A DNA stretch of 64,000 nucleotides from Isurus oxyrinchus (lineage: Eukaryota): positions 7,750,001 to 7,814,000 of the forward strand of contig JANJGN010000035.1 in assembly GCA_026770705.1 (NCBI GenBank), written 5' to 3'. Under the pieces are notes generated by a model that searched no databases, had not been told where the DNA came from, and worked only from the letters and a program-made list of their open reading frames with translations. The position numbers and the translations under genes were made by a program. This document shows, one piece after another, positions 1-14,059 of the stretch (position 1 is the first letter of the stretch; every line of letters begins with the position of its first letter).

Positions 1-2200
1 TCTTCTCCAAGTTACTGTGAAACTGCATTCCACTGTCCCTGGAGCAAAGCGTAAATGTCCTCGCTGCCTTTTCAAGTATCTAAACATCCTTCCCAAAGTG
101 GAGTTAACTGCACAGGACGCAATAAACGACTTGAGAAAAATCAGATATTCCTTGCTTTCAAAAAAAAGCAGCTCCGTTTTTGTGCACAAAGCGTCAAATT
201 GTGAAACGATTCATTTCCATATACTAGGATAATTGCTCTCTGAATGAGCCTTTCCAACTTTGATATCATGCACCTAAACTACCTGATCCCTCTGCCCTTG
301 ATTGGTCTTTAAAATTTGCAACATAATTTATCGTCTTGTCACTGTTAGGAAAATATTTCTCTTCACAATACTCAGTATTAAATATCATCTGCCGCATGTC
401 TTACTTTTCTGCTTGGCTCAGTCCTGCTGTGATTCTCTCTATGAGTGCCACCTGCAACATTATTTAAAAAACAACTTGATGTGTCTAACTTGCCTTCCAA
501 TACAAGGCTTTTTAGCAAATAATCATGTACAATCTGATAATGCCAATTCTGTATCACGATCCTCGAACTTGTTAAACATTTTTTAATGTGGCATCAGATA
601 ATCAAATACATTATGCAATTACGCAGATTTTTTTCATGAATCCGAGCTCGAATAACATAGTTAATTGCAACCTCTCCCGAAATTTGACGCTTTATTTCAT
701 AATTATAATAATGAAACCCTACACGCAATGAACGTTTAGAGAAGTAACTTGTTATTATCCAGTATGTCGTTACACATAGTTCTATATAAGCTAATAGCAT
801 GTGATACATTCACCTGTATGGAATGTATATCTTAGCCCCTGTGACTAGAATGACAGCCCACATGAAATGCAGCTTTATTTATTCTAAGCAAAGCGAGGCA
901 TTCCAAAACATTTTCTACTTCGGTTTTCAACCATTTTCATACCATTTTTTATACCATCATGTACATATGTCTCATGCATATAGAAATGCATGAGGATCTT
1001 GATCACTAGTACGAAATCACTCTAATAACATTAGTGGAATTATTTGCATTACAGTTCACAGGATTGGTTCCAACATCTTTCTCCTCTTCTGAAGCACTCA
1101 TTTCAAGGATATTTCAGTAAGTAAACACCGATAAAATGTACTAATTATATATTCTCACATTGTTCTTTACCTCCATGGATATATAATAATTGTTATCCCT
1201 CTTAGCGCCACTGACAGATTATCCCAATCTGCTGATTATTAGAACGTTCTATGAATGTTATTCCTTTTTGTTTCCCATTCCTGTTTAACGTCTTCCAAAT
1301 CAAATATTATGTTAAAACTTTACGTTATCATATTCTACCTTTCCACTCTCAACTTCAGCGTTTTGGACTGCTTGTCATATACGAAATTGATCTGGTATGC
1401 CTCGAACACCCCTTTATTTATTTAACGTTATTACATTAAAGTCTTGTACATCATACTTTGTTCATTTTTAGTCGGGTCTGATTCCCCTTGCTCCCAGAGA
1501 AGTATCATTCTAATAAGGGAAAATATCTACTTTAGAATGCCTCCTCCTTTTCTCCATCACATTTGTTAACATAATTATACGATGATAAACAAAAAGCAAT
1601 GGTTCACCGATAGACACTTGGTCCTAATGGCACACCTTATTCTACAGAAGAAGCATCCCTGGTCAAAAGACCTTCGTAGTTGTAACATGAAAGCATTGAT
1701 AAAAGAAGTCCAAAAGGACAAATATTGGCAGAGCTCATATCACTGATCTCCCTTCCATATGTTTCTTACAGAAGTATTGAAAGTATAATTGACTATATGT
1801 TCTAATAAAGAAAAATCATTTTATTACATCTGAGGCCACATAGATACACATTGCAGATGGCAAGATAAAAAAAGAGCCATAATTTCCCCCGCAGTTTGTT
1901 CGAATAATGCTCTCGGGTTAGAGCACAAACAAAAGGATAAGCATTATCCAAAACTTTGTTTGCGCCACAAACACGTAATCAGCCCCAGTGCACCAGAGAA
2001 AGGAAAAACAAACTGATCATAAATTGTTACTGTGTTCCCAATCACAACTCTTTGGACTTGTTTCCGAATTGTCCTTTGGAAGAAAATTCCACATTTATTC
2101 CATTATTTATTCATTTCCATTTTCATCAACCAGTTTTCGGCGATGATATTTGTGGCCATGGACGCTTTAGATTCACATTTAATATGACATTTTTTTTCAA
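1..2200 (-). mobile_element. Heavily decayed CR1 LINE ORF2 remnant (module B, unit 1)
   Basis: Collinear with 20150-22750 and 25020-27300 (CATCTGCCGCAT at ~385/21044, CTGGTATGCCTCG at ~1392/10458). The homologous inverted copy at 8560-9500 reads as a CR1 RT C-terminus. Confidence 0.6.
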
Positions 2201-2249
2201 TCTCCCAACTCCAATCTTTGTTTTACTTTGATTATGCTGAAATGCCTCT

Positions 2250-3780
2250 GGTCCATTGAACGTCTCTGCTCCTGACTTCCATGCAGAATGGTTTCAAAAT
2301 TATTTCGCTAAATTTGCTTCAGAGACTCTTTCCCAGAGATCACAAAGATTTTTGAAAAAGCTGTTCAGCAATTAAAGTACTCTGTGGTTACATTTGAATG
2401 CAATAATTTTATCAAACACATTGTTGTAACCAATTTATATAATGAAACATGAGACTGGTCATATCGATCTTCACTATCACGGATCCTCCGTGTTTAGTAT
2501 GTTATTTGTTTTGCCTACATCAATTGGGGAATTGTGTTTATCAACGTACTGACAAACTCAAAATTCAATATTAATGCGCATGTTCCAATCATGCGATTAT
2601 CAGAAACAAGAGGTGAGCTCTGTGCCAGGTAGTAAGTCCTGCATGGAAAACGGTGATATCATAGCACCCGACAACACCATAAATGATGATCCAGAAGAAA
2701 AGCAGCAAGTAAAGAAAGCCTACCATTTTGAAGGAATCAGACAACAATCCGGAGAGATTACGTTTCCTTTGAACCAGCAACAATCAACTTATTGCTTCAG
2801 TCTCGTCTCATTCTGAAGCAGTTTTGTGGCTCCACCGCGAACTTTAATTGAAATCCTCACCTGTGTTCTACAGCATGATACACATACAGAGGGCGATTCA
2901 GACATGATAATTTGACCAGCCGTGAAACCTTACATTAAAGCATGGATAACTGTTTACTTCACCGCATGGATAACTGATTACTTCGCCCATTGCTTTTTAT
3001 ATATGACAGCCTATTGCATCAGAATGTCTCATTCTCAAGAGCCATTTGGTGGTGCATGTTTCCGCTTCCTACAAAGATGGCCACACGGTTACATTTATTT
3101 TATGAAATGATGAATAACATGAACAGCTCACAGTTGGCATTCTCAAAGTGGCACTCAATTCACTCAAGAAACTATTTTGGTAAAGCTGATCTGATGTTCC
3201 TCTCGGATTCTCCTCATACTTGGTTGCCTCAATCTTCCAGCAGGACAGTCCACCACACTGTATATCTAACCTGTAAACTTTCCACATGAGTTAACAGCAT
3301 CATTCCAAACCATTTTGACTACAAGCAACTATCCCTTTCGTGATCCATATTCAAATGCTCGACAACATATTAACTCTGAAAAGGCTCATTTATGTAAACG
3401 AGGTTCGAATAGGTCAGCCATTCCCAACATTTCATCTTTAATGACACAGAGTTTCTTTTTCACTAGTTGAGCACTCATACACTCTCATGCTGCTCAATAA
3501 CGAAATGCGTGCAAATAACAAGCTACGGATTGCGAGGATGAGTCCACCACTTTTTCCATCATTTCTGCTGAGGCATTGAGAAAATCATGTCTGTTTGACT
3601 GTCTTCTATCTACACTGCCGACCACTGGTTTTGTTCCATCAAACCGGGAGAGATGGTAGCATTCACTTTAATCAAATTTGGTACGGCCTACTTCCAATGG
3701 CTCAAAATCCCAGCGTTTAAACTCCGTCTGAGCGAGGAAATGCAATCTAATCTCATTCACAAACACTTGTCCCTTTTCAA
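2250..3780. repeat. Module C, copy 1 (unidentified sequence, possibly a dead exon or unrecognised TE)
   Basis: Aligns by eye to 11330-12820, 22800-24000 and 27330-28185/31725-32100. Contains a 24-bp tandem duplication at 2940-2987. Confidence 0.8.
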
Positions 3781-5199
3781 AACTTTACTGACTCGCCCAA
3801 CTTCTCTCGCCACTGAGGCCTCCTATCACTAACCAGCTGCATATTGAGCTCCCCCACAGATTACCGACTCCATTCCGCACTTAACATGATATCCTATTAT
3901 TCTCGGATGGCTATCGACTTTAGAATGACAAAGTTGATTAATCCTATCCCGTCAGTCATTACTAAACCCAGGGTATGTTTCTCATGGTAGGCTTTGGAAT
4001 GCACTTACTTAGGCCATTACCCAGTTCAATTTTATCAAAAAAACAAATTCCAGGTAAACTTTGCCAGTCTATTTCTGCAATTATGGAAGTCGTTTCAATT
4101 AACCCATAAAAAATACCTTCGGGATTCTGTTATTCAATTGATAATAGAATTGTTCATAATCAAGAGCAGAACCTATCCTTTAGTGTTGTTCACTTCATTG
4201 ATAGATATATGGAACTGAAGAACTTTATCACGCCATTTTCTGTTCAGAGTTCAGGTATGCCCTGAGCGCTTCACAACAGGCAGGCAACAGGACTCATGCT
4301 CTAAGTCGCATTAACTGTGTCTTTCCATATGACAATACTGCCGCACACTACCACTACATTCCTGTTAACTCCGACATGCAAGAATAAATAGTTCCCTTTA
4401 ATAAAGCGCCATGGACAGTTGTTCAGTTACCATGTTGCTGCTGCTCTCATCAATACAAGCTTCAAGTTTAAGAAAAACTTCTCTCAACTGATGAGCCCCC
4501 CTGAACTCCCGCACCCCCACCCCCCCACCCCCCCCCCCCACCAATTTTACTTTTTGTTCCTCATTTTTGCTTCGTTAGCAGTAACACTCACTTGTCCCTG
4601 AACACTGACCAAATCAGAATTTTTATCCCAGGGACTGTGACCGCATCCTTTAGTAATGTGCCCTTGGAAATCTCCCCCACGTAGCTGTCTGTTGGTTCAT
4701 AGTCTGCATAGCTTGGTCACAAGATTAATGACCCTGAGCCCCAGTTCTTCAAGCCGCATCCACTTACTCCAGGCATGTTTCTTACCAAAGACGTTTCTCC
4801 TTGAGCCGTTGAATTACAGTTACCTTTTATTTGACACGTTATTAAACGAGTTTTGAAAATGCTTGGAAAGTTCACGCATCACTTCTCTTGATCTGCACAA
4901 GTGCCTACTTCATCATCAAGTTTTCTAAAATTTTCAGTTATTAAAACGGCTTGCCTAAAATTTGACCAATTGTCTCTGCTAATCCTATGTTAAGACTTCC
5001 TAGTGAATAGGTGGCTTTATATACTCCACGATCGTTTTTGTGCTTCCTTACTTGTTCCCTGTTTTCATGTCCCTGCCTGTCACGGTTAGAAGTTTTATAT
5101 TTGTTAACATCGATTTAAGCGCAAACTTTGTAAGATACAATAAATTTCAGAACGTCATCAGCAGTGCCTGAAGTCTGTCTATGATGAGTAAACCTAAGA

Positions 5200-5340
5200 T
5201 TTAGCCATGTTCTGAGGACGAATCGTATTGCACTCAAGATGCAAACTCTGTTTCGTTGTTGAACGATTCTGCCAGACTTCCTGAGTATTTTTAGCTGTTT
5301 GGGCTTTCATTTCAGATTTCCGGCATTGCAGCACACTTCA
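5200..5340 (+). mobile_element. Old Penelope-like 3' tail fragment
   Basis: GTTCTGAGGA...AAACTCTGTTTC...GATTCTGCCAGACTTCCTGAGTATTTTTAGC...TTTCAGATTTCCGGCATTGCAG resembles the tail at 35533-35632. Confidence 0.55.
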
Positions 5341-5979
5341 TTATATGCAGTGTGTTGCAATCGTGAGCTGGGGAATATGTCTGTTTACGTTCCCTGAACG
5401 TTGTCTTCTCAGCTGCTGTTGTTTAATTTAGGTTTCTCAATCTCGATCGTCAATTTCTTACCAAGTTTTCTCGGAAGGGAAGCATGTCTCACATTTGTTA
5501 ACACAAACAAATCTTCGGGTCAGAGTTAAAACTCCTGTTTCCAAGTCAACGCAAACATAAAAATACTCACTTAGATATATATGTTTAACAAAGTCATCCT
5601 TCTGTTAGGATGCAGTAGCATCAATCACCCAAACGTACATCCACGCAGGCAGCTGCAAACAGATTCAATGCTGAATTTTTAACTTACAAGCTGTTGTAAC
5701 TTTAATTTATGCATTTACCCGTATATTCGGGTCTCCAGGGCATTGTATCTAAAGGGGCAACCACAACACCCATTCACCAACCACCACCCCCACGCAACCC
5801 CCACCCGCACAGATCCTTCCGGGACGTTTTATCGATTTTGCTACAAGTTCAAACCTCCGTTAGGCAATTGATCTACGGCCGTGCTGATAATGCGATTGCA
5901 ATCATCAGAAGATTCCACTTTTGCTACAGTATGAGATACCAAGAAAAAGCATTATGAATTAAATTTATGAAGAATTAAA

Positions 5980-7050
5980 ACCACTCCAGCTTCTGGGTAA
6001 AAACAGCACTGACCCAGCCCAACAACCCAGTGAATTTCCTCAACCTATCTCGACCCACGTCTGCAGTCCCAACAAGGGCCATTGGGCTCCCGCAGCTACC
6101 TCATATTAGCCAATACCCTGACACCGGCCATTGGACATTATAACACCGCCCTTCCTATGGAGTATACCCCTACACCCCGCATACCCATGAATCAATACAA
6201 TCGCCAAAGGAACCCCAACATTGTCGGATAGAATGCCGGCCCTGCTTACACCAGAAATTACACCCCCAACATCACACATCTAGCCGCAGAAGCACTTACA
6301 GTCCTTCTCTGCTATCCAACATCAAAAAAAAAACCACCAACCACCTTCAGAACTGCTCAACCATTGAACAGCACATCCGGTGGACTGCGCCCCCAAATCA
6401 AGACTGTCGAAAATCGCTTTTCTGACCAAACCCCTGAATGCACACAGAAAAATACGCACCATGTGGTCCTTCATGCATGAAAATACATCACTGTTACGGG
6501 ACTGCACGCACCACACACTCATTATATTGCCAACTCAACTTTGTGTCCCAAAACAAGCTCAGGTCTCCAACCCACAGTGCACTGACCACCCGAAATGTAC
6601 GCCTCCCCAAATACGCTCAACACATAGCCTGCACTATGCACTACCGATTACAACTCACCTCACCAACTTACCTGCTCAATTCCAACTGCAGACCCACACA
6701 CAATTGGCTTCCAAACAGCCGAAACTTCAAATGTACAGCTGATACCCGCACACCCTTCACACCAGTGGCCATCTCTCACTGTGGACCTCCAACACTGGCG
6801 ACCCCCAAGCTGATCAGCGGCACAGGTTTACCAACTCCCAACCATATGGACCAAATCCTCAGCTTTCCGGCACCTCACATGACCACCCAGGTCCCCACTC
6901 AACCCAACCCACCGGACCCTGCCCCAACACTGTTCAGTTACCCTACGAGCTTACTTCATCCCTGACTGCTCAGAATGGCTGAACCTTCAACCTGCCTGCT
7001 TGATAGTCATTCCCATCTGTCGCTGAAGCCCCTCTTGGGCATAGTTTAGG
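5980..7050. repeat. C/A-rich strand-asymmetric low-complexity tract (similar tract at 13270-13570)
   Basis: Dense CCAC/ACCC/CAAC motifs. Yields Pro/Thr/His-rich ORFs in overlapping frames with no recognisable domain. Confidence 0.6.
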
Positions 7051-7322
7051 TGCGGTGCAAAGGAAACGGATTAGAGTATTCCTAAAATATTTTCCATGTC
7101 TTGTGTTTAATGATGATTTATCCAGCTATGAGCTCTTAGGCAACAATGATTACTTTAGCCATTGTGCTCACTTCCATTTAAGTGAAGTACTTCGAGCGAT
7201 CTATATATATATATTCATTTTCCTGGATCTTGTGATCACTCTTTTTTTTTTAGTTAGTATCACGTTTGTCTCCCTTAATTCAATTGTTTGTTATTTTGTT
7301 TTGTTCAAGAACAAGCAATGAC

Positions 7323-7324
<2 letters not shown>

Positions 7325-7370
<46 letters not shown>

Positions 7371-7372
7371 AT
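7325..7372. repeat. (TG)/(TA)n microsatellite
   Basis: Directly visible TGTGT(AT)n run. Confidence 0.95.
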
Positions 7373-7429
7373 TTTAAATTCAACGCATTATTGGCTGACA
7401 ACATACACTACTGTTACTTTGCATTCAAA

Positions 7430-8066
7430 ACAACGTTTGTTCTTTTTTGTTCGATGGTGAAGAATTTTAGCAATTAACGTTTAGCCATACCTTGCTCATG
7501 CATATTTAGTGGAGGACACATTAATTTGAATTTAGTAACAAAATCTTATAGACGTTATTTATTCTTATTAACACATTTGAAATTACCTGAAGAAAACATA
7601 ATTTGAGATTACTGACCTTGAAATATCACACCACCTGACGCAAAACGTTTTACAGGCTATTGCACTTATGTTGCCTGATTGTATTTGTACCTTTTATCCT
7701 TGAGTTCGCAGAAGATCGTTCAGATGCAGTAACCAACTTGCCATTCATTCCATTGGCGGGAAATGAGATTGAAATTACTGATAAATAGGTTAGCAAAGAG
7801 AAGGCGACTATATAAATGTTGTATAGATTTCTGCACTGGCAGAGCGAATGGAAGGAAGCTAGCCAATCTGACCGACAGCATTGAAATTTTCCACATAACA
7901 CAATTACGTTATGTGTCTTTCCCTCTTTTTTTAATGAATTACTTGAAATAGCAGAAGTGAATTATTTGCTCAGCTTCCACGGATTTTCGGTTAAAATTCT
8001 AATGCATAGGGCAAGATAATACTGGACTTGAAATATCTAACTTGGCTGGCGCTCAGAGTCATCATA
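7430..8066. repeat. Module A linker (copies at ~7430-8066, 13720-14055, 19360-20100, 24060-25000)
   Basis: Shared AAAACATAATTTGAGATT, CTTAT.TTG.CTGATTG and ATAAATAGGTTA (7781, 14041, 19561). Confidence 0.75.
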
Positions 8067-9686
8067 TGAGTATAATTCTGAATTTAACTACGTTAGTTAA
8101 TTTAGACTTAAGTGCGGCTCAAACATTAATTAAGCGGTTGCTTTCACCACAGTCTTTTGCGACGGTCACTATGTAATTTGGAATAGTAATAATTCCAATA
8201 ATGGTATTTTGTGGATTTCATAGTATTGATCAAAAGCCCCTGCACTTCCATATATGCACGCTATAAAGGTGAAAAGTGTATAGAGTGCATCTTCGTCAGA
8301 AATATATGTATTCCGTTTCGATTCTGGTCAGTTCTGTCCGGATTCTTTCTACGTACTTCACCTGCAACATGATGTTATAAACAAAAGTTTTACTTCCTAA
8401 AACAAGTTAATTCATTAAAAAAAACATTGCCTGGAAGGGCTTCAGTGCTGCTATTATTTAAAAAAAGTGGCACGCTCTCGAGAAGACTGAATTATTTTGC
8501 CGATCATGACGGATTTATAAGCGCCAGTGCGACATGCTAACCTATTTTATTGTTTGAAACCAGCTTAGCTAATGGCCAACAATATCGTGTTCCGTCGTAA
8601 AGAATTAACTGTATCACTTTCAATAGGATTATTCGATTTGGAGAATGGTATTTGAATTATAGGTGGAAACACACTTTTGTTTATAACATCATGTTGCAGG
8701 TGAAGTACGTAGAAAGAATCCGGACAGAACTGACCAGAATCGAAACGGAAGACATATGACAGGTGGAATGTAAAAAAGGGGATTTTGAATCGATGAATTT
8801 CGGTAACAGGGATTGGGAGATAAATTATGCTGCACATTTTTAAAGAGCAGTCAGGGGACAGAGTGTTCGGCTAGAGCAGATGCATGATATTGAAGTTGTC
8901 AGAACTCGTTCAGAGAGCAATTAGTCAAGAAAAAGTGGAATGTGCCGCTTCAGAAATGTTCACATTGAATAAAAAAGTGTTGCTTTTCTGAACTCAAAAA
9001 ATCCAGGCTTCAAGTTTATTACTGCGTCCAATTCAGCCAATTATATAATGGGAAGGATGTAAATGGTTGTCGAGGAAATTGACAATTTGTTCCAGGGACG
9101 GTGGAATATAGTTTCAAAGTTACCTTGCAGAAGCACAAATTATTTACTTTGCAGTGAAAGAGATAACAAATATACAAGAGGCAAGGGCGATTATTACGGT
9201 CTGAGATAAAATAACTAATTTTTAGACGATGCTTATTAACTGTTGAAAGAATAACAAGGCTAAATGGATTTAAAATTCTGGAGAAGAATCAATGGAATAA
9301 TGTGATGTGAAATGTTTGTTATGCTGCAATTCGTCATAACTGAGAACACAATGACAACGAGGGTGCTTCAGTATGATCGGGGATAGCACTTAACGTGAAC
9401 ACATTTGTGGGGAAACCTTCACAGGCAATAGAGGTTGGAATGATTGGATTTCTTGGCAGAGATTTTTTTTGTGCAGCAATTATGCAATGCACATATAACT
9501 CATTGATATGGAAGTGCAGGGACTGTTGATCAATACTACGAAATCCACAAAATACCATTATTGGAATAATGACCATTCCAAATTAAAAAATGACTGTCAC
9601 AAAAGACTGCGGTGAAAGCCTAATTAATGTTTGAGCTGCACTTAAGTCTAAATTATCTAATGTAGTTAAATTCAGAATTATACTCA
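8067..9686. repeat. Nested inverted repeats: outer arms 8067-8253/9506-9686 (imperfect), inner arms 8311-8388/8673-8750 (78 bp, perfect)
   Basis: The reverse complement of 8311-8388 equals 8673-8750 base for base. The outer arms match with scattered substitutions and small indels. Confidence 0.95.
8560..9500 (+). mobile_element. Decayed CR1 RT C-terminus and 3' region, inverted relative to module B of the other units
   Basis: Degenerate traces of the CR1 motifs K-C-E-V-M-H-F-G and Y-C-V-Q-F-W (TACTGCGTCCAATTCAGCC at ~9020). This is the reverse complement of AACTGGACGCAGT at ~20768. Confidence 0.65.
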
Positions 9687-10149
9687 GTTACCATTAAGTG
9701 CAATTGCATTTAGTGACTCTGGTTAAACAAAATATTTCTAATCAATACGATCTAGTTAACTGCATTTTATTTACCAAAATTCCTCATATTCTGTTTGGCT
9801 GGGTCGACTTTCTTAGGGACCTTCTGCACTCTGGTACGCAAATGTTCCTCGTTTGTTTGAGCACTGTTATGATCTAATTATGTCATTTTATTTCATAATT
9901 ATAATATTGAAAACGTTCAAGCCAGTGATGTTAAACAAAATAACATATCATCTTTGGATAAAATGATACACATATTTCTGAAGAACATAATAATATATAA
10001 TATTGTTTACATGTATAGAGATCATTCCTTACTGTCTATAACTACACTGCGGACAAAAAAACAAACGAAGATTTATTTACTCAAATCATAGCTCCAGGTT
10101 AGGTCATTTTGTCTTTCAGTTTTATAATGAGCCGTGCCCCCAACCAGCT

Positions 10150-11300
10150 CCACCTCTGACAACATTAATTTCAACTACATGTTCCTAAGGAAACACAGAT
10201 AAATGCACAAACTATATAAGCTCAATCTGCTCGCGAACTCCATGCACATATAATGTTTTTTTTTTTACCTCGCATCGTCTCTCCAAGATTCTCCATTACT
10301 GTTGACCATTTGCACGTTCTTAAAAAACATCTCTTCCGTTTCTGCGCATGTTAAATGTCACCCAAAACGAATATTATCTCTACAACTTATTTCAGCATGC
10401 TTTGGACTCGCCCTTGCATCTATTGCATTTGGCTTGGTCCTCGCTTGCTAACTGTACCTGGTATGCCTCGTAAGCCCCCTTATTAAATAATGTTACAACG
10501 TTTTAGTTTTTAACATCAACATTCATCATTTTTTATTCAGAGCTAATTCCCGTTCAAGCCAGAGAATTGTCATTCTAAAAACGGATGAGCTCCACTCTCC
10601 AATGCTCCTCATTTTACCATCAGATTGGTTGAACTAATATTACGGTGGGGAATGTAAACTATGGGGTCCCCTACAGAGAACTTGTCCCAATGGTGCACCT
10701 CATTTCCAGAAGCAGAAGCCACGGACATATCACCGTCATAGTTGGATTAAAAATGCGTTGATCAAAGATGTCGAAAGCAACACATATTAGTGTTGCTCTT
10801 AACACTGATCCTACTTTCATGTGTGTCGCATAGGAAGACCTGAAATATAATTAATGATATGATGCTATATAGTAATATCATTATATGCAGCTGACATCGC
10901 ATCCATACACATTGGGGATTGCAAAATAAAAACTGAGCCAAATTTCCTGTTCAGATTATTCTAAAAATTACCTAGGATAAGGATGCAGATAACAGGCTAA
11001 GCACAATCCAAGTTGGCCCCAGTTCATCAATAAATAAGAAAAAAAAACAACCTTATGGTGAATTATCACTGTGTCACCATTCAGAACTCTTGAAACTTGT
11101 ATGCCACATGGCCTTTCGAACCTATTGCACATTTAACTTTACTTCAGTGTTTATTTGGATGTACTTCCCTTTCTATCCGACCTGTTTTTGGCTCAGCTTC
11201 TTGTGTCAATGGATGCTTTGGGTTGACATTCGGTCCGCAGAATTCACTTAGTCTTCCAGCATTCTCCTACCTATGCTTTTGCATTGATTGAATATCTTAA
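10150..11300 (-). mobile_element. Decayed CR1 5' (endonuclease-side) part of module B, unit 2
   Basis: Collinear with 1150-2200 and 21700-22750. Confidence 0.55.
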
Positions 11301-11329
11301 AACCCTCTGGTTGTTTTGATGTCACTGTT

Positions 11330-13260
11330 TCAAATTTTCCTGCAGCAATTTGTTACAAAATATATGCATGATAATTTTAAAAACTCATTCTCAGAAAGTG
11401 CAAATGTTTCTGATAACGGTTTTCAGCATTTTAGAAACTCTGAGATTACACTTTAATTAATTAATTTATAAATCAATGTGTTCCAGCCATTGCGATAAAC
11501 GTGAGTATCATGTTAATTGCGACTGTTCATTGTACTTTCACAAGCATGCATGCTGTGTATGGAGATTTTAAGTAGTTTGCCTTCTTGTATAATGGAATTG
11601 CATTAATCAGCGTGTGGGCAAACTGACAAATTAATGTCAGTACTCATTTTCCAAACTTGTGATTATCAGAATCAAGGGATGAATTCTCCACCACAAAGTA
11701 AGCCCTGCATGGAAAACGACGAGACCATCGCACCCAATGACAGCATTAATGATGGTCCATAAGAAAAGCAACATGAAAAGAAAGCCAGCGATTTTGAAGG
11801 AACCAGAAATGTATCAGGTGAAATTATTCGTTGAACAAGCAAATATCATCGCATCATTTCAGTCTCGTGTCATTCTGCTGTAGTTTTCAGCTCCACAGAA
11901 AAGTTTAATTGAAATCGGCAACAGTGTCGTAGAGAATTATATGCATACAGAGGGTGATTCAGACATGAGGGCTTGACCCACCGCGAAAACTTGCATTCAG
12001 GAACGGTTTACACATTCATTCGCCCATTGCTTTTTACAGTTAGCAGCCCATTGCATCAGATTGTGTGATTCTCAAGAGCCATTTGGTGGTGCATGCTTAC
12101 GCTTCTTCCAAAGATGGCCACATGGTTACATTCCTTTTAGAAATTTGAGAAGAACAGGAAGAACAGACAGCGGGCATTCAGTAGTTGGCACAATGTTCAG
12201 TTCTTGAATTTTTTGGCAAAGCTGATCTGATGTTCCTCTCTGATTCTCCTTATATTTGGTCCCCTCAGTCTTCCAACAGAACATTCTACCGCACTGTGCT
12301 TGTAACTTTTACCCTTTCGACAATTGTTATCACCATCCGTCCAAACCTCGTTGACTACACCCAAATATACCTTTGGAGATCAATATTCAAATGATCGCCA
12401 GCAGAATAAGCCTCCAAAGGTTCATGTACTAACTATTTAACGAATGTTTGTAAACAAGAAACGACTCTGCCGGTCTGTCCCCATCCTTCATACTTAACGG
12501 TGCAGGCTTTCTTTTTCTCTAGTACAGCACTCGCAAAATCTCATGCTGTACAATAACAAAATGCTGCTGATATGAAGCTAAGGATTGCCAGCATTAGTCC
12601 ACCCAGTTTCACATCTTTTCTGCGGAGGAATTGAGAACAATCATGTCTGCTCGACTGCCTCCAATCTGCAATAGCAATCACTGGCTCTGTTCCATCAAAC
12701 AGGGAGATATTGTAGCCTTCAATTTACTCAAATTTGGAATGTGCACTTTCCTGAGGCTCGAGTGTTTAACCTCCTTCTGAGGGAGAAAATGCAATCGAAT
12801 CGCACTCACATATATTTGTCACAACTGAAACTGTTGTTTTAGTGCCCACGCTTCCCAGCTATTTTTGCAGAATGAAAGACTCTCTCGTCCCCTACCCTGT
12901 CAAAACATCAAAACATGGAAAGTCACAACTCATTCCCCTCTCAAACCATCTTATGTTCAGAATGCGTAGGGTCAGTTCACTCAGGCTCTCGCTGTCGGAA
13001 GCACCCTCCTAAATGGAATTAATATCCTGAAGATTGTCTGTAACTCATAGAAAGTAAGTCCATGCTTCCTTGCCCATGGAAATTAAAACTGTGCACAGTA
13101 GACAAGATATTGTTTTCGCAAAACCATATAGAATTTCAGAAAGACTCCTTGATCTTTCAGCATTTGAACCATTGGAATGTAATTTATTTTCCCAATTGTT
13201 CCCTGTAACTGCATGCCAAAACTGCGGACTTACTTTCATGTAAAAGGGCACTTTTACAAC
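11330..13260. repeat. Module C, copy 2 (longest uninterrupted copy)
   Basis: Matches 2250-3780. Its distal part matches 31725-32480 (TTTTGCAGAATGAAA, ACTCAGGCTCTC). Confidence 0.8.
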
Positions 13261-14059
13261 CAGCATTTAAAATATTCCTCACTCCTAATACCCTCCCCAA
13301 CCCCTCTGTCTGCCTCACCCCGGAGTACAGTGCAGCTAAGCGACTGACCTCCCCATCCCCATTTACACACGCACACTCAAATATCCTCCCAAAACCCAAA
13401 CCCCCAACTAACAGCCGGCACCGTGACACCACCTCACCCTCCATTGATCACCACCTCAATGAGCAGATCCAATATTGCAAATGCCCTTTCTAACCACAAC
13501 CACACATTACCCAAATTCCAGCACACCATGGACAAAAACGACCCATGCCTATTACCTTACTGACCACCCGAGACCGCACTGATTTTGTTAGCTTTAATAT
13601 TGATTTATTATTGTTTATGATTATTATGCTTATCTTCACGTGAAAGTGATGGATGTATCTGGAGATGTTTTTCCAATTCAAAGCATTTTTATGGTTGAAG
13701 GTATTGAATATTTTTATGTACATGCAAAACAACGTGTTTTTTTTAAGCCACATCTTCCTCGATCATATTTCCATGGTGGACGCTTTGATTTGACTTTAAA
13801 AAATTGATCGAGCAGAAGTTATTTGTTCAGAACAACAGTTTTCAAATTTCCTGAAAAAAAAACACAAAAAACATAATTTGAGATTTTTCCTCTTGCAAAT
13901 TCCTATTATATGGCCCAAAACTTTGGTCTGGCATTTGTCCTTATTTTGTCTGATTGTATTCACAACATTTATCTTTCCGTCTGCTAAATATCAGTTGGAT
14001 GAAATAACTAACCTGCCGTGCATTTTATTACAAGTGACAGATAAATAGGTTAACCTAGC

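Noticed and set aside
2589-2783. Hydrophobic minus-strand ORF resembling a membrane receptor segment
   Set aside because: The hydrophobicity comes from the complement of an A/G-rich strand and is not kept in units 3 and 4. No receptor motif.
3175-3215. GKADLMFLSDS resembling the start of a vWA domain (and DQLYQN on the minus strand resembling an ITAM half)
   Set aside because: Downstream residues do not fit either motif, and unit 3 does not conserve them.
6380-6965. 175-aa and 120-aa Pro/Thr-rich ORFs
   Set aside because: Overlapping frames in a C/A-rich low-complexity tract that is naturally poor in stops, with no recognisable domain.
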